Shown here: positions 63,684 through 64,000 of the stretch, in pieces
Layout: each line of letters opens with the position of its first letter
Numbering within the stretch: the first letter of the stretch is position 1
Assembly: GCA_964247055.1 (NCBI GenBank)
Contig: OZ176056.1
Location: forward strand, 3,658,001-3,722,000
Origin: Paragordius varius
Lineage: Eukaryota; Animalia; Nematomorpha
Reading direction: 5' to 3'
DNA: 64,000 bases
Position numbers and translations under genes: made by a program
The notes under the pieces: model-generated
Told to the model about the DNA's origin: nothing
Database searches by the model: none
What the model saw: only the letters and a program-made list of their open reading frames with translations

Positions 63684-64000
63684 CAAATAATATCTATATA
63701 TGTCTTTATTCGCCAAGATAGCATATGGTCGTATCGGGGCTTAAATTAAAAAGTGTATAAAATGAAAATCCATATTAAATATTATAGGGCTTTTCTTCCT
63801 ACCTTATACAAGTTTATCTAAAGACATTTATAAAAATATAAATTCCTAGCTTTGGACATCCGTAAAAGGTTTGTAGGCCCACTCAAATTTAAAAAAAATT
63901 TTTTTATTATTTATTTATTCTCCGACAAAGTGTTGCCAAACTCAGAATCAACCTGTCAGTTAAGCTCCAACCCGTGTAAAAATTCGGGGTCGTTAAATAT

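Overview
Very AT-rich animal (bilaterian-type) genomic DNA with spliceosomal introns and the standard genetic code. It is not prokaryotic and contains no CRISPR array, rRNA or tRNA gene that I can support. Hand-reconstructed genes: cortactin (+, 12 exons); an orphan secreted basic protein (-); a secreted Gly/Tyr/Asn-repeat protein (+); a very compact housekeeping island of GEMIN8 (-), METTL23 (+), MRPS26 (-), archease (+) and an AN1 zinc-finger gene (+); and a ~2,000-aa SHANK (-, at least 15 exons) that appears to lack SH3 and SAM. The intergenic space is full of transposons: a Chapaev-like palindromic element with an RTE LINE inserted at its symmetry axis, a Mag-like Ty3/Gypsy LTR element with TG..TA ends, two hAT derivatives (one nested in a mariner), four mariner relics and several MITE families. 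The most notable signals are (1) homology-supported introns of only 21-29 nt alongside multi-kb introns, (2) two divergent gene pairs whose start codons are only 19 and 23 bp apart, (3) convergent cortactin-SHANK linkage echoing human CTTN-SHANK2, and (4) the LINE sitting in the palindrome loop. All homology calls come from recalled protein motifs, not database searches.
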